DNA of 60,484 nucleotides, taken from IMG/VR virus record IMGVR_UViG_3300035145_002886. The stretch is one strand, 5' to 3'. This DNA comes from a virus. The notes under the pieces were generated by a model. That model saw nothing but the letters and a program-made list of their open reading frames with translations, ran no database searches and was not told the DNA's origin. Made by a program: the position numbers and the translations under genes. Below, in pieces: positions 22,970 to 33,422 of this stretch. The number at the start of each line of letters is the position of its first letter. The first letter of the stretch is position 1.

Positions 22970-23671
22970 TTAACGAAGTTTCATTTTTGGAACTGAAAAT
23001 TTAGGAATGCTTAACTTTGGTCCCGTCTTTCCCGGCCCAGTTGAAATATTAGGGGTTGTAGGATGTGGTCTTTTGCTTATATCTGGAACGCTAGTCTTGT
23101 CCCTGTTTCTATCAAGTGCTGGAACCATACCAACGCTCGTCTTTTTACTTTTTTTGGTTGACGTATCAGGGTCCTTTGGTTCTTCTCCATCCGTTTCTTT
23201 CATATTTGAGCCCGCATCGGCCATCCAGCCATTAATTTTTCTCATTGCGGTTCTCTCCATCCAGCCCTGTTCAGAGTCTGAATTTTCTCTAGATGTTTTA
23301 ATTTCGGTAGTTTTAACCTCACTTGGTTCTGGTGGTTCTTTACTGATATTTTCTGTTTGAATCTCAGTATCGATTGCTTTTTGAGGATTTACCGGGTTTG
23401 GATTCTTAATATTGTTATTAATCTCTTTATTTGCATCTACGTTTGGATCGACCATCTCTTTTTCTCGAGTAGATCTATACTCTGAATTTGAAGAGTCCAT
23501 CATTCCTTCAGCCTGAGTTGTTTGGCTATTTATTCCAGTAGTCGTATCAATGTTTGAAGAGAATTGTGTTGGGCCCTGTCCCTTAAGAGAAATGGCTTCC
23601 GGCTCTCCATTCTTATTTAACTGTGCAAATACACTTCCCGGTTCATTAAATCTTGTAGATTGTTCAGCCAT
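22970..23671 (-). CDS. low-complexity hypothetical (tail region) protein
   Basis: 233 aa, polar and probably disordered; follows the tape-measure-like gene. Confidence 0.75.
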   Translation of the reverse strand: MAEQSTRFNEPGSVFAQLNKNGEPEAISLKGQGPTQFSSNIDTTTGINSQTTQAEGMMDSSNSEYRSTREKEMVDPNVDANKEINNNIKNPNPVNPQKAIDTEIQTENISKEPPEPSEVKTTEIKTSRENSDSEQGWMERTAMRKINGWMADAGSNMKETDGEEPKDPDTSTKKSKKTSVGMVPALDRNRDKTSVPDISKRPHPTTPNISTGPGKTGPKLSIPKFSVPKMKLR

Positions 23672-23673
23672 TA

Positions 23674-26481
23674 TTAAAATCCATTATTTCTTCTGACGAT
23701 TCTTTGTAGTTCTTCAATTGCATCAACAACTGGCTCAATATCAACATCGACTGTTCCTCCAGCAGATGAAGATCCTCCACCGTCACCTTTAGATTTATTA
23801 AGACTTGCAGCGGCTTTTGAAAGTTCAGAAGCACTCTTCGTACCGGCTTCGGTTTGTGCATCAACACTTCCACTAAACTGTCCAATCATTGCTGATAATT
23901 CTTTAACTGCATTTATAAGCGCGTCTCCAAGTTTTGCCATTGCGTTGTCACCTCCAACTTCATTAAGGTATGCAAGTGCTTTAACAAGATTCGTAGTCTT
24001 TTCTAAAATCTGACCATCCATTGATCCTTGTGCCTCTGCGATATTCATATATCCGTCTGCAACTTGATTTAAAAATCTAGGATATGCATTAAAGTAGTCT
24101 CTTACACTAAATCCATTCGTCATCATCATTCCTAAATCAGTAAGTAATGTTGCCTTTATAAGATCATTAATTTTTGTAATATTTCCTAATGTTGATAATG
24201 ATACAACCCTAGCTAATGAACCTGCAAGGGTGTCCATTCCATCGGCAAGAGTACCAATACTAGGACCCATTGTTACAAGATCTTTTAGAATGTCCATCGG
24301 TCCCTTTGATTTCTCAGCACCAAAGAAACCTGCAATACCATCAAAGAATGCTTTACCGAGGTTTGCAACACCTGCAATTAATCCACCAGCTGCAACACCA
24401 GCAGTTGCACCAGCAAGGGCTAAAAGAGATACTGAAACTGCAATAATACCTCCTGCAAGGGGTAATAGGTTCTCAATACCAATTTCATTTTTTAAACGGG
24501 CAAGAACATCAACAATACCGTTTACAGGAGCAAGAAGAGCGTCAGTTAATCCTGCAGCAACCTGTGCTAATTTTCCAGCAGGTATGTATGATAATATCCA
24601 AGAAACTGCAAGAATACCAGCTGCAATAATAATCATACCAATAACTCCAAGTACAATTGCTCCAAGTCCAGCTCCTCCTCCAGTGGCTTGAAGAATTGCT
24701 CCAATAACTCCAACAACAAGACCAAATCCAACAATGGCTACAACTGCTCCAAGAACCCAATCCATTGGTGGAGCTAAGAAAGTACTTGGTAAAATACTGA
24801 AAATCCAAGCAGTTGCTAGAATAGCGACTGCAATTGCGGCGACTGCGACTACCGCAAATATCATTGTTTTTAGTGGAAGTTTTGCAACCGTATATGCAAG
24901 TATTCCAAATGCAAGTCCAAAGATTCCAATTGCTGCACCAACCTTAAGAGTCCAATCATATTCTGGAGCTCTCATGTCATCCGGTAGCCAGTTAAATACC
25001 CATGCAGCTGCTGTTAAACCAATTGCAATAAGTGGAATTGCCGCGGCAGTCATTAGCATATCTTTTATCTTCATACCTTTAACTGCCTTTGAAATTAACC
25101 AAAATGCAGCAGCTGCTGGAATCATAACAAGGCTAATTAAAAATGCGGTATATAGTTTATCCTCCTTTACTGGCATAATAAGTTGCATGATCCAAGAACT
25201 TACCGTTACTGCTACTGCCATACCAACTACAGATAAGAGAGCACCTCCAATAACTGAGAACATATCCTTTGGATTAAACTTACCCTTTTTACCACCTTTA
25301 GTATTTTTAAGAGTTTTCATTATCATTGAATAACCATACGCTAAACCAACGAATGAAAGCCCAATAAAGAATGCTGTACCTATTTTAGCAAGAGAAACTG
25401 GCATAATAAGCTGCATGATCCAAGAACTTACCGTTACTGCTACTGCCATACCAACCATAGAAATTAGGGCTCCGCCAACTGCTAGAAATAGGTTTCCAGG
25501 GTTTATAACTCCAGTCTTTTTATCCTTTACAAGTGCAAGGGCTCTAACTACCTCAGCATATCCATATGCAAGTCCAACCATTGCAAGTCCTATAAAGAAT
25601 GCCGTTGCCGCCTGTGCTGGACTTATTGGAACAATCATCTGCATAATCCAAGAACTCATTGTTACGGCTGCTGCCATACCGATCATCGAGATAAGAGCAC
25701 CTCCAACCATTGAGAATATATCGCCAGTATTTACAGCTCCGGTCTTTTCATTTTTTACCGATGCAAGAGCAGTAACTACTTCTTTATATCCGTATGCCAT
25801 ACCAACCATTGCAAGTCCAATAAATATGGCCGTTAATGCCTGTGCTGGAGATACTGGAACAACATATTGTAAAATCATTGAACTTAGCGTTACGGCCGCT
25901 GCCATACCAATCATTGATATTATAGCCGTACCGGCTAATCCTAACATTGGTCCAAGTAGACCAGTTCCTGATGCGCTAACTCCAATTCCAGCAATATCTG
26001 CTTTTCCTTCGGTCTTTATTCCTTTAAGAACTTGAGCTATCCTCGTGAAAGCCATTGCCATCGGAATAAATGCCACTGAAATTGCGATTGCCGTGAGAAG
26101 TTGCATTGGTTTTACAACTGGTATAAATGAGAATATTCCAGCTGCTGCAACAATTGCAGCCGCCATACCGACCATTGCAAGTGCAGCTATACCAACATCT
26201 GCTGCCGTAAGTTTACCAAACCCGGCATATGTAACAGCCTTTCCTTTTCCACCCTCTTCTTTGCTACCTTTGGATTCAGTAGCTTTTTTACCCTGCAGAA
26301 CATCTCTAATTTGCTTTAAGAGGGAAGTCTGCTCCTTCATTTCAGAAGCATAGGTTTCGCTACGTTTTAGGCTTTCAACTGTACACTCATACAGCATCTC
26401 AACCTTTTCTTCAACCCTTTCAGATATCTGAGCTAGTTTTTCTACAGGCGAAAGTAATCGCACGAGTTGTTTATCGGTCAC
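23674..26481 (-). CDS. tape-measure-like protein with hydrophobic internal repeats
   Basis: 935 aa, Ala/Gly-rich, ~65-70-aa repeats GGALISMxGMAxAVTxSSWIMQ; downstream of tube and chaperone genes. Confidence 0.7.
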   Translation of the reverse strand: MTDKQLVRLLSPVEKLAQISERVEEKVEMLYECTVESLKRSETYASEMKEQTSLLKQIRDVLQGKKATESKGSKEEGGKGKAVTYAGFGKLTAADVGIAALAMVGMAAAIVAAAGIFSFIPVVKPMQLLTAIAISVAFIPMAMAFTRIAQVLKGIKTEGKADIAGIGVSASGTGLLGPMLGLAGTAIISMIGMAAAVTLSSMILQYVVPVSPAQALTAIFIGLAMVGMAYGYKEVVTALASVKNEKTGAVNTGDIFSMVGGALISMIGMAAAVTMSSWIMQMIVPISPAQAATAFFIGLAMVGLAYGYAEVVRALALVKDKKTGVINPGNLFLAVGGALISMVGMAVAVTVSSWIMQLIMPVSLAKIGTAFFIGLSFVGLAYGYSMIMKTLKNTKGGKKGKFNPKDMFSVIGGALLSVVGMAVAVTVSSWIMQLIMPVKEDKLYTAFLISLVMIPAAAAFWLISKAVKGMKIKDMLMTAAAIPLIAIGLTAAAWVFNWLPDDMRAPEYDWTLKVGAAIGIFGLAFGILAYTVAKLPLKTMIFAVVAVAAIAVAILATAWIFSILPSTFLAPPMDWVLGAVVAIVGFGLVVGVIGAILQATGGGAGLGAIVLGVIGMIIIAAGILAVSWILSYIPAGKLAQVAAGLTDALLAPVNGIVDVLARLKNEIGIENLLPLAGGIIAVSVSLLALAGATAGVAAGGLIAGVANLGKAFFDGIAGFFGAEKSKGPMDILKDLVTMGPSIGTLADGMDTLAGSLARVVSLSTLGNITKINDLIKATLLTDLGMMMTNGFSVRDYFNAYPRFLNQVADGYMNIAEAQGSMDGQILEKTTNLVKALAYLNEVGGDNAMAKLGDALINAVKELSAMIGQFSGSVDAQTEAGTKSASELSKAAASLNKSKGDGGGSSSAGGTVDVDIEPVVDAIEELQRIVRRNNGF

Positions 26482-26533
26482 AGTACTGTTTTATTTTTCT
26501 AAAGACCATATAATCTAATAGTATATATCAAAG

Positions 26534-26560
26534 AAAAGGGGAGTTTAACTCCCCTTTTTT
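26534..26560. terminator. intrinsic terminator
   Basis: AAAAGGGGAG-TTTAA-CTCCCCTTTT. Confidence 0.8.
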
Positions 26561-26563
26561 AAT

Positions 26564-26812
26564 TTAGAATTTTGGAACGCTCATTTTAGGTACTTTAATA
26601 TTTGGTACCTTCATGCCGCTCATCGCAGAGCTAGTCTGCTCTTGTTGTCCTTTTTGTGCATCGCTTTCCTTCTTAACAAATTCTGCCAGGTCTTTAACAA
26701 CATAAAAATATTCATAGTATTCCATGTTATTAAGTTCGCTAGGCTGGATATGTAAATGTTTATAGATCCAGAATCTAATCTTAAAGAAGTTCTCCAGCGA
26801 GATCTTGAACAA
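26564..26812 (-). CDS. tail assembly chaperone C-terminal extension (gpT-like), possibly reached by frameshift
   Basis: Overlaps the upstream ORF in the +1 frame; IQPSELNNMEYYE motif; only a TTG start. Confidence 0.6.
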   Translation of the reverse strand: MFKISLENFFKIRFWIYKHLHIQPSELNNMEYYEYFYVVKDLAEFVKKESDAQKGQQEQTSSAMSGMKVPNIKVPKMSVPKF

Positions 26813-27758
26813 TGAAAAGAGATTTGATGCCGTCGCGAAAGTTAATAGGAATAGAGGCCTCCTCGTCCTCTATGGTAACTAGCAACTCAGGCTTGATACC
26901 AACTTTTACTTTTTCAGCTAACTTATATAGCAATAAATACTGCCCGTTAGACCATCCATTCATCTCTACTTCAAGTTCAAAAAGTCTTTTTTGGTTAAAT
27001 CTTCTCCAGTCAGTAGCGACATATGGCGCAATTTGAATAAGAGACTGATCGATTTCTTGGCCACTGTCTCTTCTGTCTCTGATGTATGTTGTAATTTCCT
27101 GCATTACACCAATTGATGGTGGTCGCATAAATATTTCACCATAACTCTTTGTTCTAATTACATAACCTCGAGCCTCTGCATCGTAGTACTTTTCAACATC
27201 AGCTGGAACTCTGAAGTAGTCAAAGTATTCTCTTTTGATTTCAACTTCATGCTTCTTTCCAGTTTTTGAAGTATAATCAACCTTTAAACTGTTTTCTGGT
27301 TCAGGGAATGTAAGGTCTCTGATCTGAAGAATTAAAATAAATCTGTCTTCTTCACAAATATCCTTGTAAGATACTCTAGTAGACTTTGAACTTACCATTG
27401 TACATGATTCTACAATTGCATTTAATTTTGAATCAACATCTAAAATGTTATTCTCATCAATTGTTGAGAAATGTCTAATTTCAGCAACTTTAGCAGCTCT
27501 AATTTTAAGCACTGTATCTACTGGATAGAATCTACCCTCAGATGGTAAACTACTCATTGGAATTTCATGCCAGCCAAGTGCAAGATCAGGAGCCGTAGCA
27601 GTATCAGGCTTAAACTTATCCATATTTACACTTCCAAGACCCTCTCTTTCGATTGCCTCTTCCATTGCTTCTACATCTGGCGTTTCAACTGTGGTTTGTT
27701 TTTCTCTAGCAGCTAATTCTCTTTCTAGAGCTTCATTATTATTGTTTTCTTCTACCAT
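26781..27758 (-). CDS. tail assembly chaperone / T4 gp26-like baseplate hub assembly protein
   Basis: LPSEGRFYP and EEDRFILILQIR motifs; lies between tube and tape measure. Confidence 0.65.
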   Translation of the reverse strand: MVEENNNNEALERELAAREKQTTVETPDVEAMEEAIEREGLGSVNMDKFKPDTATAPDLALGWHEIPMSSLPSEGRFYPVDTVLKIRAAKVAEIRHFSTIDENNILDVDSKLNAIVESCTMVSSKSTRVSYKDICEEDRFILILQIRDLTFPEPENSLKVDYTSKTGKKHEVEIKREYFDYFRVPADVEKYYDAEARGYVIRTKSYGEIFMRPPSIGVMQEITTYIRDRRDSGQEIDQSLIQIAPYVATDWRRFNQKRLFELEVEMNGWSNGQYLLLYKLAEKVKVGIKPELLVTIEDEEASIPINFRDGIKSLFIVQDLAGELL

Positions 27759-27759
27759 T

Positions 27760-27990
27760 TTATTTTTCTTTTAGTTTATTAATGTGTTTTTTAACGATTG
27801 ATTCTTGTTCTCCTCTCGAGTTACTTTGTAACTCCTTCTGTATTAGTGACCTAATAAATGCACTTACCGAAACCGGTCTGGTTTGATTTATTAATGCGTC
27901 ATTTAATATCAGTCGATTAACTTCATCAACTTCGTCCTCTGTTAGGAGAACTTGAAGTTTCTTAGTTAACTTGTGATTTTTTATAGACAT
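27760..27990 (-). CDS. ribbon-helix-helix-like DNA-binding protein
   Basis: KKLQVLLTEDE...SVSAFIRSLIQKEL. Confidence 0.6.
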   Translation of the reverse strand: MSIKNHKLTKKLQVLLTEDEVDEVNRLILNDALINQTRPVSVSAFIRSLIQKELQSNSRGEQESIVKKHINKLKEK

Positions 27991-28022
27991 AATATCTTGA
28001 TATTTTAATATGTTTTCGGTGC

Positions 28023-28056
28023 AAAAAGAAGGGAAGGACCCTGGGACCCTTCCCTT
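28023..28056 (-). terminator. intrinsic terminator after tail tube
   Basis: AAGGGAAGG..CCTTCCCTT followed by a U tract. Confidence 0.8.
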
Positions 28057-28068
28057 ATTTAATTAATC

Positions 28069-28626
28069 TTAGTTTAATTCTTCTGAGAATGTATCACATC
28101 TCCAACTTACCTCTAGCGTTTGAGGATCTGTTGTTTCGTATGATAATTCACCAGTAAATCCAAGTGCTGAAGTAATGAAACAATCTTCAAGTGTTACTTT
28201 TCTGTAGATGTCTCCAGCTCTATTGAACTGTACAACAACAATTGTTCCAACGTAGTCTTTCTTAAGACCCATCTCACCAGTTTCTGGATTGTACTGTTTT
28301 CTATACCATTCTCTCATTGTTTTGTAAACATATGCCTGATTTGAATCATTCAGGTTCAATGAGAAGTTGATGGTTACATCATTCGCAGTTCCATCTGGCA
28401 TACCAGCATAAGAACGAGTAGCGAACTTGTATTTTTGTTCGACAGCTGCAACTTCTCTGTAAAGTGTCTCAAGACCAGAGATTGAGTTGACGTGTTGTAG
28501 TAGCAAATCAGCTCCTGCTACTCCATCTGGAGGAAGAATACTTACTTCAAACAGGTTAGCCTGTACTGGCTCGAAGTGTTTACTCTTCTTACTTGTTTGA
28601 TCTTCTCTATAATGTGGTAAAGCCAT
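28069..28626 (-). CDS. tail tube protein (gp19-like)
   Basis: 185 aa after the sheath; NPETGEMGLKKDY and LEDCFIT motifs. Confidence 0.88.
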   Translation of the reverse strand: MALPHYREDQTSKKSKHFEPVQANLFEVSILPPDGVAGADLLLQHVNSISGLETLYREVAAVEQKYKFATRSYAGMPDGTANDVTINFSLNLNDSNQAYVYKTMREWYRKQYNPETGEMGLKKDYVGTIVVVQFNRAGDIYRKVTLEDCFITSALGFTGELSYETTDPQTLEVSWRCDTFSEELN

Positions 28627-28647
28627 AATTCTTTATATTATTTTATT

Positions 28648-28655
28648 TATATATC
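28648..28655 (-). promoter_or_regulatory. late promoter motif (G/A)ATATATA
   Basis: GATATATA upstream of mostly structural genes at 8794, 17508, 26522, 28648, 31570, 36483, 41968, 45575, 50415 and 51260; AATATATA at 13973, 19266, 43617 and 47649. Confidence 0.8.
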
Positions 28656-28659
28656 TTTC

Positions 28660-31539
28660 TTATCCAAAGTTACCTGCTTCGATATCTCCAGTGTTTAGTA
28701 CTGTTACACGAGAAACTAAGATTTCAAGACCTTTAACTGGCTCGACGTAAGTATCAAGGATACCCATGTTATTGTCGATTACTTCAGTTGTGTTGTTAGT
28801 CGTGTCCATGATATTTCTATAGTCGTAAATACCTTGGTCAGTTCTTACTGATTCCATAAATGAATCTGCAAGAGTCTTAATTTCAAGTCTTGTCTGTGCA
28901 GTGTTAAACTCAAACAGATAGTTCTGTAAGATCGCTGCTAGACCATCTTCTATGTAGATCAATACCTCTCTTACGTGAGCTGAAGAAAGAGCTGATTGAA
29001 TACTTTGTTGAGCTGTCTTGTTACCTTTAATTACGATACCTGCACCTCTTTCAAATACGATTGGGTTGATACCAAATGGTTCAAGAACGTCTCTGTCGTT
29101 TTTATCGAATGCATATTCAACGCCTTGTACTCCAGATCCTCCGACTGCTCCTCTTCTTGGACCAGCTACGATTGACCATGGTAGAGAATCAGTGTACTTA
29201 TCGATGTAATTGTTCGATACGTAAGCTGCTGGTGGAATAACTTTAGTTTTTCCATTCTCTAGTACATTTAGACCTGGACCGTAGTAGAATCCATAGCTTG
29301 CTCCTTCGTTAATAGAAGGTAAAGTGTATAGTGCTTCTGGGTTCAGGTTTAGGTTACCTCCAGTTCCAACGTAACGTGTATTAAATGCTCCTGTATTTTC
29401 ATTAAGGAATGATGGGTTAGTAGAAGCTTTTAGTTCTTTTACCATTGGTGCATTTAGAATCGCTGAAACATTTTGTCTCTCTTTTGCAAGTAGAGTAAAT
29501 TGTTCTTTGTTTAGGATTCCGCTTGCAGCTTCGTAAGATCCAAAGGTATCTACTAAATATCTGAACGTGATTGCGTCTTTGTCTGCTAGTGTATTTGAAA
29601 CTCCATTTCCAGGTGTTAATACGTCTAGTAGTTCCTTGATTGTTTTATCGCTGTTTTCAGCAGCTTCAAGAACAAATACTTTATAAGCGTCTGATGCAGA
29701 ATCAAAAGATCCAAGTGCATATCCAGGAGCTTGTGTTACGTCTCTGTGACAGATGAATGTATAAGTGTATTTGTCATTTGCTCCTCCGTTAATTCCAAGT
29801 TCTGCTTTCTTTCTGATCTCTAGGATTCTTGCAAGTTTATCAGAACCTGTAACTGGAACGTACATTCCAACTTTAATATTGTCACTAATAACTGTAGATT
29901 CAGCACCTCCAGCCGTAGTAGTGTAAATATATTTGAATTCTCCAGCAGTTGCTGCATTTTCAAATGTCCATCCAGGAACATCATTCGGGAAGAATACTGT
30001 TCTCTCGTTTACTGCAATTGAGAATAGGTCAAATGCCAGCTGTGGAGTTTGGTCGTAAACTGCTAATTCTACTTGACCGATTGAAGGTTCAGCGAATTGT
30101 CCATTTCCAACAGGTACGAGTGTAATTGTACCTGCGCCATCGTCAGTTGCACTAAGAATTTCAACATATTCTCCAGCGTTTGAACCTGCTAGGTATTTAC
30201 CTCCTGCAAGTGCTCCAGCTGCAGCTCCTGTTAAAACTAAGTTAGCTCCAGAAAAACTAAATCCTGCGAATGTTGCGTTATTTTGTTCGTCTGCAAATGC
30301 TTCATATTTTGCTTTGCTAATGTCTTCGATTGCAACAATTGTTACATCTTGTACCGCGTCTGACCAGCTTTCATCAGCAACCGATACTGAAGCAATTTGT
30401 GTATATTCTCCATCAATTGAAGCATATAAGAAGCTATCTTCTGCAAGACCTGATGAAACCATTGCACTGTAGTGTGCTAATGTAACATCTTTGATAGTCA
30501 TCGTATCTCCATTAACTTCAACAACCTTTTCAAATGCAGCGTCTCTACCTTCATTTAGGTTTAGAGGCTGTTGTTGAACCACAACGTGAGAAAGAAGTTC
30601 GTAATCTTGGTGAATATCAAATGATTCTCCTACGAAATCAATTCTACTAAGTGCATCTTCGTTAACCGCACAGAAAAGTCCAGTTCTTCTTGATTCAGCA
30701 TTGATTAGAGTCTCAATGTAGTACATTCTTCCTTCGTTATCTTGGAAGTCTGGAATTAGAGAACCAGTGTATTTAGCAACTAGAGTAACTTCTCTTAGGT
30801 TAGTAAATGCATTGAATTGTTCTGGGATAATTCCGTTTGTATTAAAGTAGTTACCGTAAGTTGGATCGTTATTTAATTCAGAAGTTACAAATCTTCCTTT
30901 GTAAACAAAAACATCAATCATATAATCTGAGATGTAATCTAAATCATCGATTCCTTCTGGTACATTTCCTTCTCCGTACCATTCTCTTGCGGTAACGTTA
31001 AAACCTCTTGTATCTCCAGCTTGTCTTGCAACAATTGTGATCGGGTCTTGTTTAATGTTAGTAAATGTAAGAGCGTTATCTGAAGTTTCAGAAGTATTAC
31101 CTGCTAAATCAAGTAGCTTTGCGTCTTCTGGAATCCAGAACTTATCTCTATTAAATACATTTTTATAGTAGTCTGTACCTTCAACAGCCTCATTGTCTTG
31201 CTGAGAACCATTTGTTGTAGGTGAAGCCCACCATATCTTGTCAGTATCATTAGCAGACGTAAGGTTCAGCGCTAGAATTGGACCTCTTGAAAGAGTTTCA
31301 ATTGCTGATCTGTGGAAGTACATTCCCTTTCTTTCAAGTGCCTTGTCAATAGAACCAAACACTTGGATAAAAGTCTCAGTATCTTCAATAAAAACTGGTG
31401 TGTTATATGGTCCCTTCTTTGAGTGACCCACCACCAATCTAATAGTCTCTGCAGGAATACTTACAGTTTGTGACTTGTCGAATTCAAGACGGTAAACACC
31501 TGAGCTCTTGAATTGCTGTAATTGAGGACTTAATGCCAT
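28660..31539 (-). CDS. contractile tail sheath protein (gp18-like)
   Basis: SSGVYRLEFDKS, GHSKKGPYNTP, AGPRRG, INPI and LFEFNTAQTR. Confidence 0.95.
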   Translation of the reverse strand: MALSPQLQQFKSSGVYRLEFDKSQTVSIPAETIRLVVGHSKKGPYNTPVFIEDTETFIQVFGSIDKALERKGMYFHRSAIETLSRGPILALNLTSANDTDKIWWASPTTNGSQQDNEAVEGTDYYKNVFNRDKFWIPEDAKLLDLAGNTSETSDNALTFTNIKQDPITIVARQAGDTRGFNVTAREWYGEGNVPEGIDDLDYISDYMIDVFVYKGRFVTSELNNDPTYGNYFNTNGIIPEQFNAFTNLREVTLVAKYTGSLIPDFQDNEGRMYYIETLINAESRRTGLFCAVNEDALSRIDFVGESFDIHQDYELLSHVVVQQQPLNLNEGRDAAFEKVVEVNGDTMTIKDVTLAHYSAMVSSGLAEDSFLYASIDGEYTQIASVSVADESWSDAVQDVTIVAIEDISKAKYEAFADEQNNATFAGFSFSGANLVLTGAAAGALAGGKYLAGSNAGEYVEILSATDDGAGTITLVPVGNGQFAEPSIGQVELAVYDQTPQLAFDLFSIAVNERTVFFPNDVPGWTFENAATAGEFKYIYTTTAGGAESTVISDNIKVGMYVPVTGSDKLARILEIRKKAELGINGGANDKYTYTFICHRDVTQAPGYALGSFDSASDAYKVFVLEAAENSDKTIKELLDVLTPGNGVSNTLADKDAITFRYLVDTFGSYEAASGILNKEQFTLLAKERQNVSAILNAPMVKELKASTNPSFLNENTGAFNTRYVGTGGNLNLNPEALYTLPSINEGASYGFYYGPGLNVLENGKTKVIPPAAYVSNNYIDKYTDSLPWSIVAGPRRGAVGGSGVQGVEYAFDKNDRDVLEPFGINPIVFERGAGIVIKGNKTAQQSIQSALSSAHVREVLIYIEDGLAAILQNYLFEFNTAQTRLEIKTLADSFMESVRTDQGIYDYRNIMDTTNNTTEVIDNNMGILDTYVEPVKGLEILVSRVTVLNTGDIEAGNFG

Positions 31540-31592
31540 AATTTTATCTTTTTATTTTTTTTCGTATAGTATATATCTTCTAACATCTTGTT

Positions 31593-33422
31593 TTATTTAA
31601 GAAGATCGTAAATATCGTATTGTAAGTCTCCGTCGCCGTCCAGATCTTTATAAAGAATCCTTTCCATCGATTCATGGAGTTGCGGATCGATAAAGTCTAA
31701 AAGTTCTTCGATATAATCCGCGTAGTCAGTAGTATTAAAAAATTCAGTTGCAGTAATGCAAGTCATTACAAGGTCATCGTTACCCATTTGAGCGCCATAG
31801 CTTCCATTTGGTAGAACTCCAAATAGACTTGCCTCTGTTACCGTCTCTTCATCAGTTATATCGATTCTATTATTTTTATATAACTTAGCAAAGTTCTGAC
31901 AGAAGATTGTCTTATTGTCTGCTTTTAGTTTTATACCCGGTTTTAATGATCTACTGTCATGTCTGTGTTTAAATCTAAGAATCATCTCGTCCTCAAAGTC
32001 ATTTTTCTGAGGAAAGACTGTTCTTAAGTAGTTAAATAGAGTTGTTCCATATGTATTATATTCAACAATCATTTTAACATTTTCAGCATAAAATATATCA
32101 ATTGCCAATGTGTATAATACCTTTGCGAAGTCTTCAATAATATGTTCATTGCTTCTAAATCGGGCAACTTGTCTTAGCTTGAAAAAGTCATACATCGCTC
32201 CTGGATTACTTATCAATTCAATTTCTTTTAAGTCCATTGGTGAAATTTGAAACACATTGATTACTGAATAGTCACCTCCATTTCCTTCGGCAATATCAAC
32301 ATCAAATAACCAATAGTTTTCACTATATCTGGCATCTTCAATATCAAAATCAGGATCCCATGCTAGGAACCCTTCAATGTCAATTCCAATATTTTCAAAT
32401 TCTTCCAGGTCATGATATACATATTTCTTCATTCGCTTTCTCATCCTCTTCATATCTACCGGATCCATTAGCAGATTTGAAGAACTTACGAATTCATTAC
32501 CATATTGCTTATTAAATGCTTCAATTGAACCAAGGTTTCCAAGTTCTCTTTTATACCAAGCGTCGTCTCGATCTGGATGTTCCCACCAGTCGATTCGCAT
32601 TGATGTATATTCGTTATCACCTCGTTCGGCGGCAGCATAGATTTCATAGAACTTATTGAAACCATTTGGTGTTGAAGTAATTGTCAGCCTCGATACCTTT
32701 GATGCTGAAAGCGTAGGATAAACGTTTTCATAGAAAGCATCGGCAATCGATGGATGAATATGCGCAAACTCATCAATGTATAGATTATGAATTGTAAAAC
32801 CGATACCAGCCTTTGCGGTTGTAGATTGTCCCATTAGACGACAACCATTATCACAACGAACATTCATTACATCGTATTTGATAATACCTGGCTTCATAAA
32901 GAAGGGCAAGTTCTCAAGTACAACCTTTGCTTTATCAATGATTTCCTTTGTCGTATCACTCTTGTTCGCAAGAAGTAGTGTATTCTTATCGGTATTGAAC
33001 GTAACATACCATGCGTTATAAATCGATGCCGTTACTGTTTTACCCATTTGTCGAGATGCAAGTACAATATTAAATCTCTCACTTTGGAAGTTACGCAACA
33101 TTCTCTTTTGGTATTCGCGAAGTTTTACCCTTTTGATACCGTCATCAGTCATTACTACTGCATATTTCTCAGCAAAATATACGATGTCTGTCGCACATCT
33201 TGCCAATTCTGCAATTTCTTCGTCAGTATATTCAAAGACAATATTACCCTTTCTTAAGAATTGCTTACCCTCATAGAACGGCATCTTAACCTTTGGTCGA
33301 TACCCTTGGTCAAGTGCAAGTAAGAGGTCATTAATTTGTCGGGTAGACCAAACGATTCTTGACGATTCAACGTCACTTTCCTCTTTTGGAATCCATCTAT
33401 TATCTCCTACATAATCACTCAT
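31593..33422 (-). CDS. terminase large subunit (gp17-like)
   Basis: Walker A SRQMGKT, Walker B YIDEFA, TSTPNG, and nuclease motifs DIAEGNGGDYS...DDLVM. Confidence 0.97.
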   Translation of the reverse strand: MSDYVGDNRWIPKEESDVESSRIVWSTRQINDLLLALDQGYRPKVKMPFYEGKQFLRKGNIVFEYTDEEIAELARCATDIVYFAEKYAVVMTDDGIKRVKLREYQKRMLRNFQSERFNIVLASRQMGKTVTASIYNAWYVTFNTDKNTLLLANKSDTTKEIIDKAKVVLENLPFFMKPGIIKYDVMNVRCDNGCRLMGQSTTAKAGIGFTIHNLYIDEFAHIHPSIADAFYENVYPTLSASKVSRLTITSTPNGFNKFYEIYAAAERGDNEYTSMRIDWWEHPDRDDAWYKRELGNLGSIEAFNKQYGNEFVSSSNLLMDPVDMKRMRKRMKKYVYHDLEEFENIGIDIEGFLAWDPDFDIEDARYSENYWLFDVDIAEGNGGDYSVINVFQISPMDLKEIELISNPGAMYDFFKLRQVARFRSNEHIIEDFAKVLYTLAIDIFYAENVKMIVEYNTYGTTLFNYLRTVFPQKNDFEDEMILRFKHRHDSRSLKPGIKLKADNKTIFCQNFAKLYKNNRIDITDEETVTEASLFGVLPNGSYGAQMGNDDLVMTCITATEFFNTTDYADYIEELLDFIDPQLHESMERILYKDLDGDGDLQYDIYDLLK

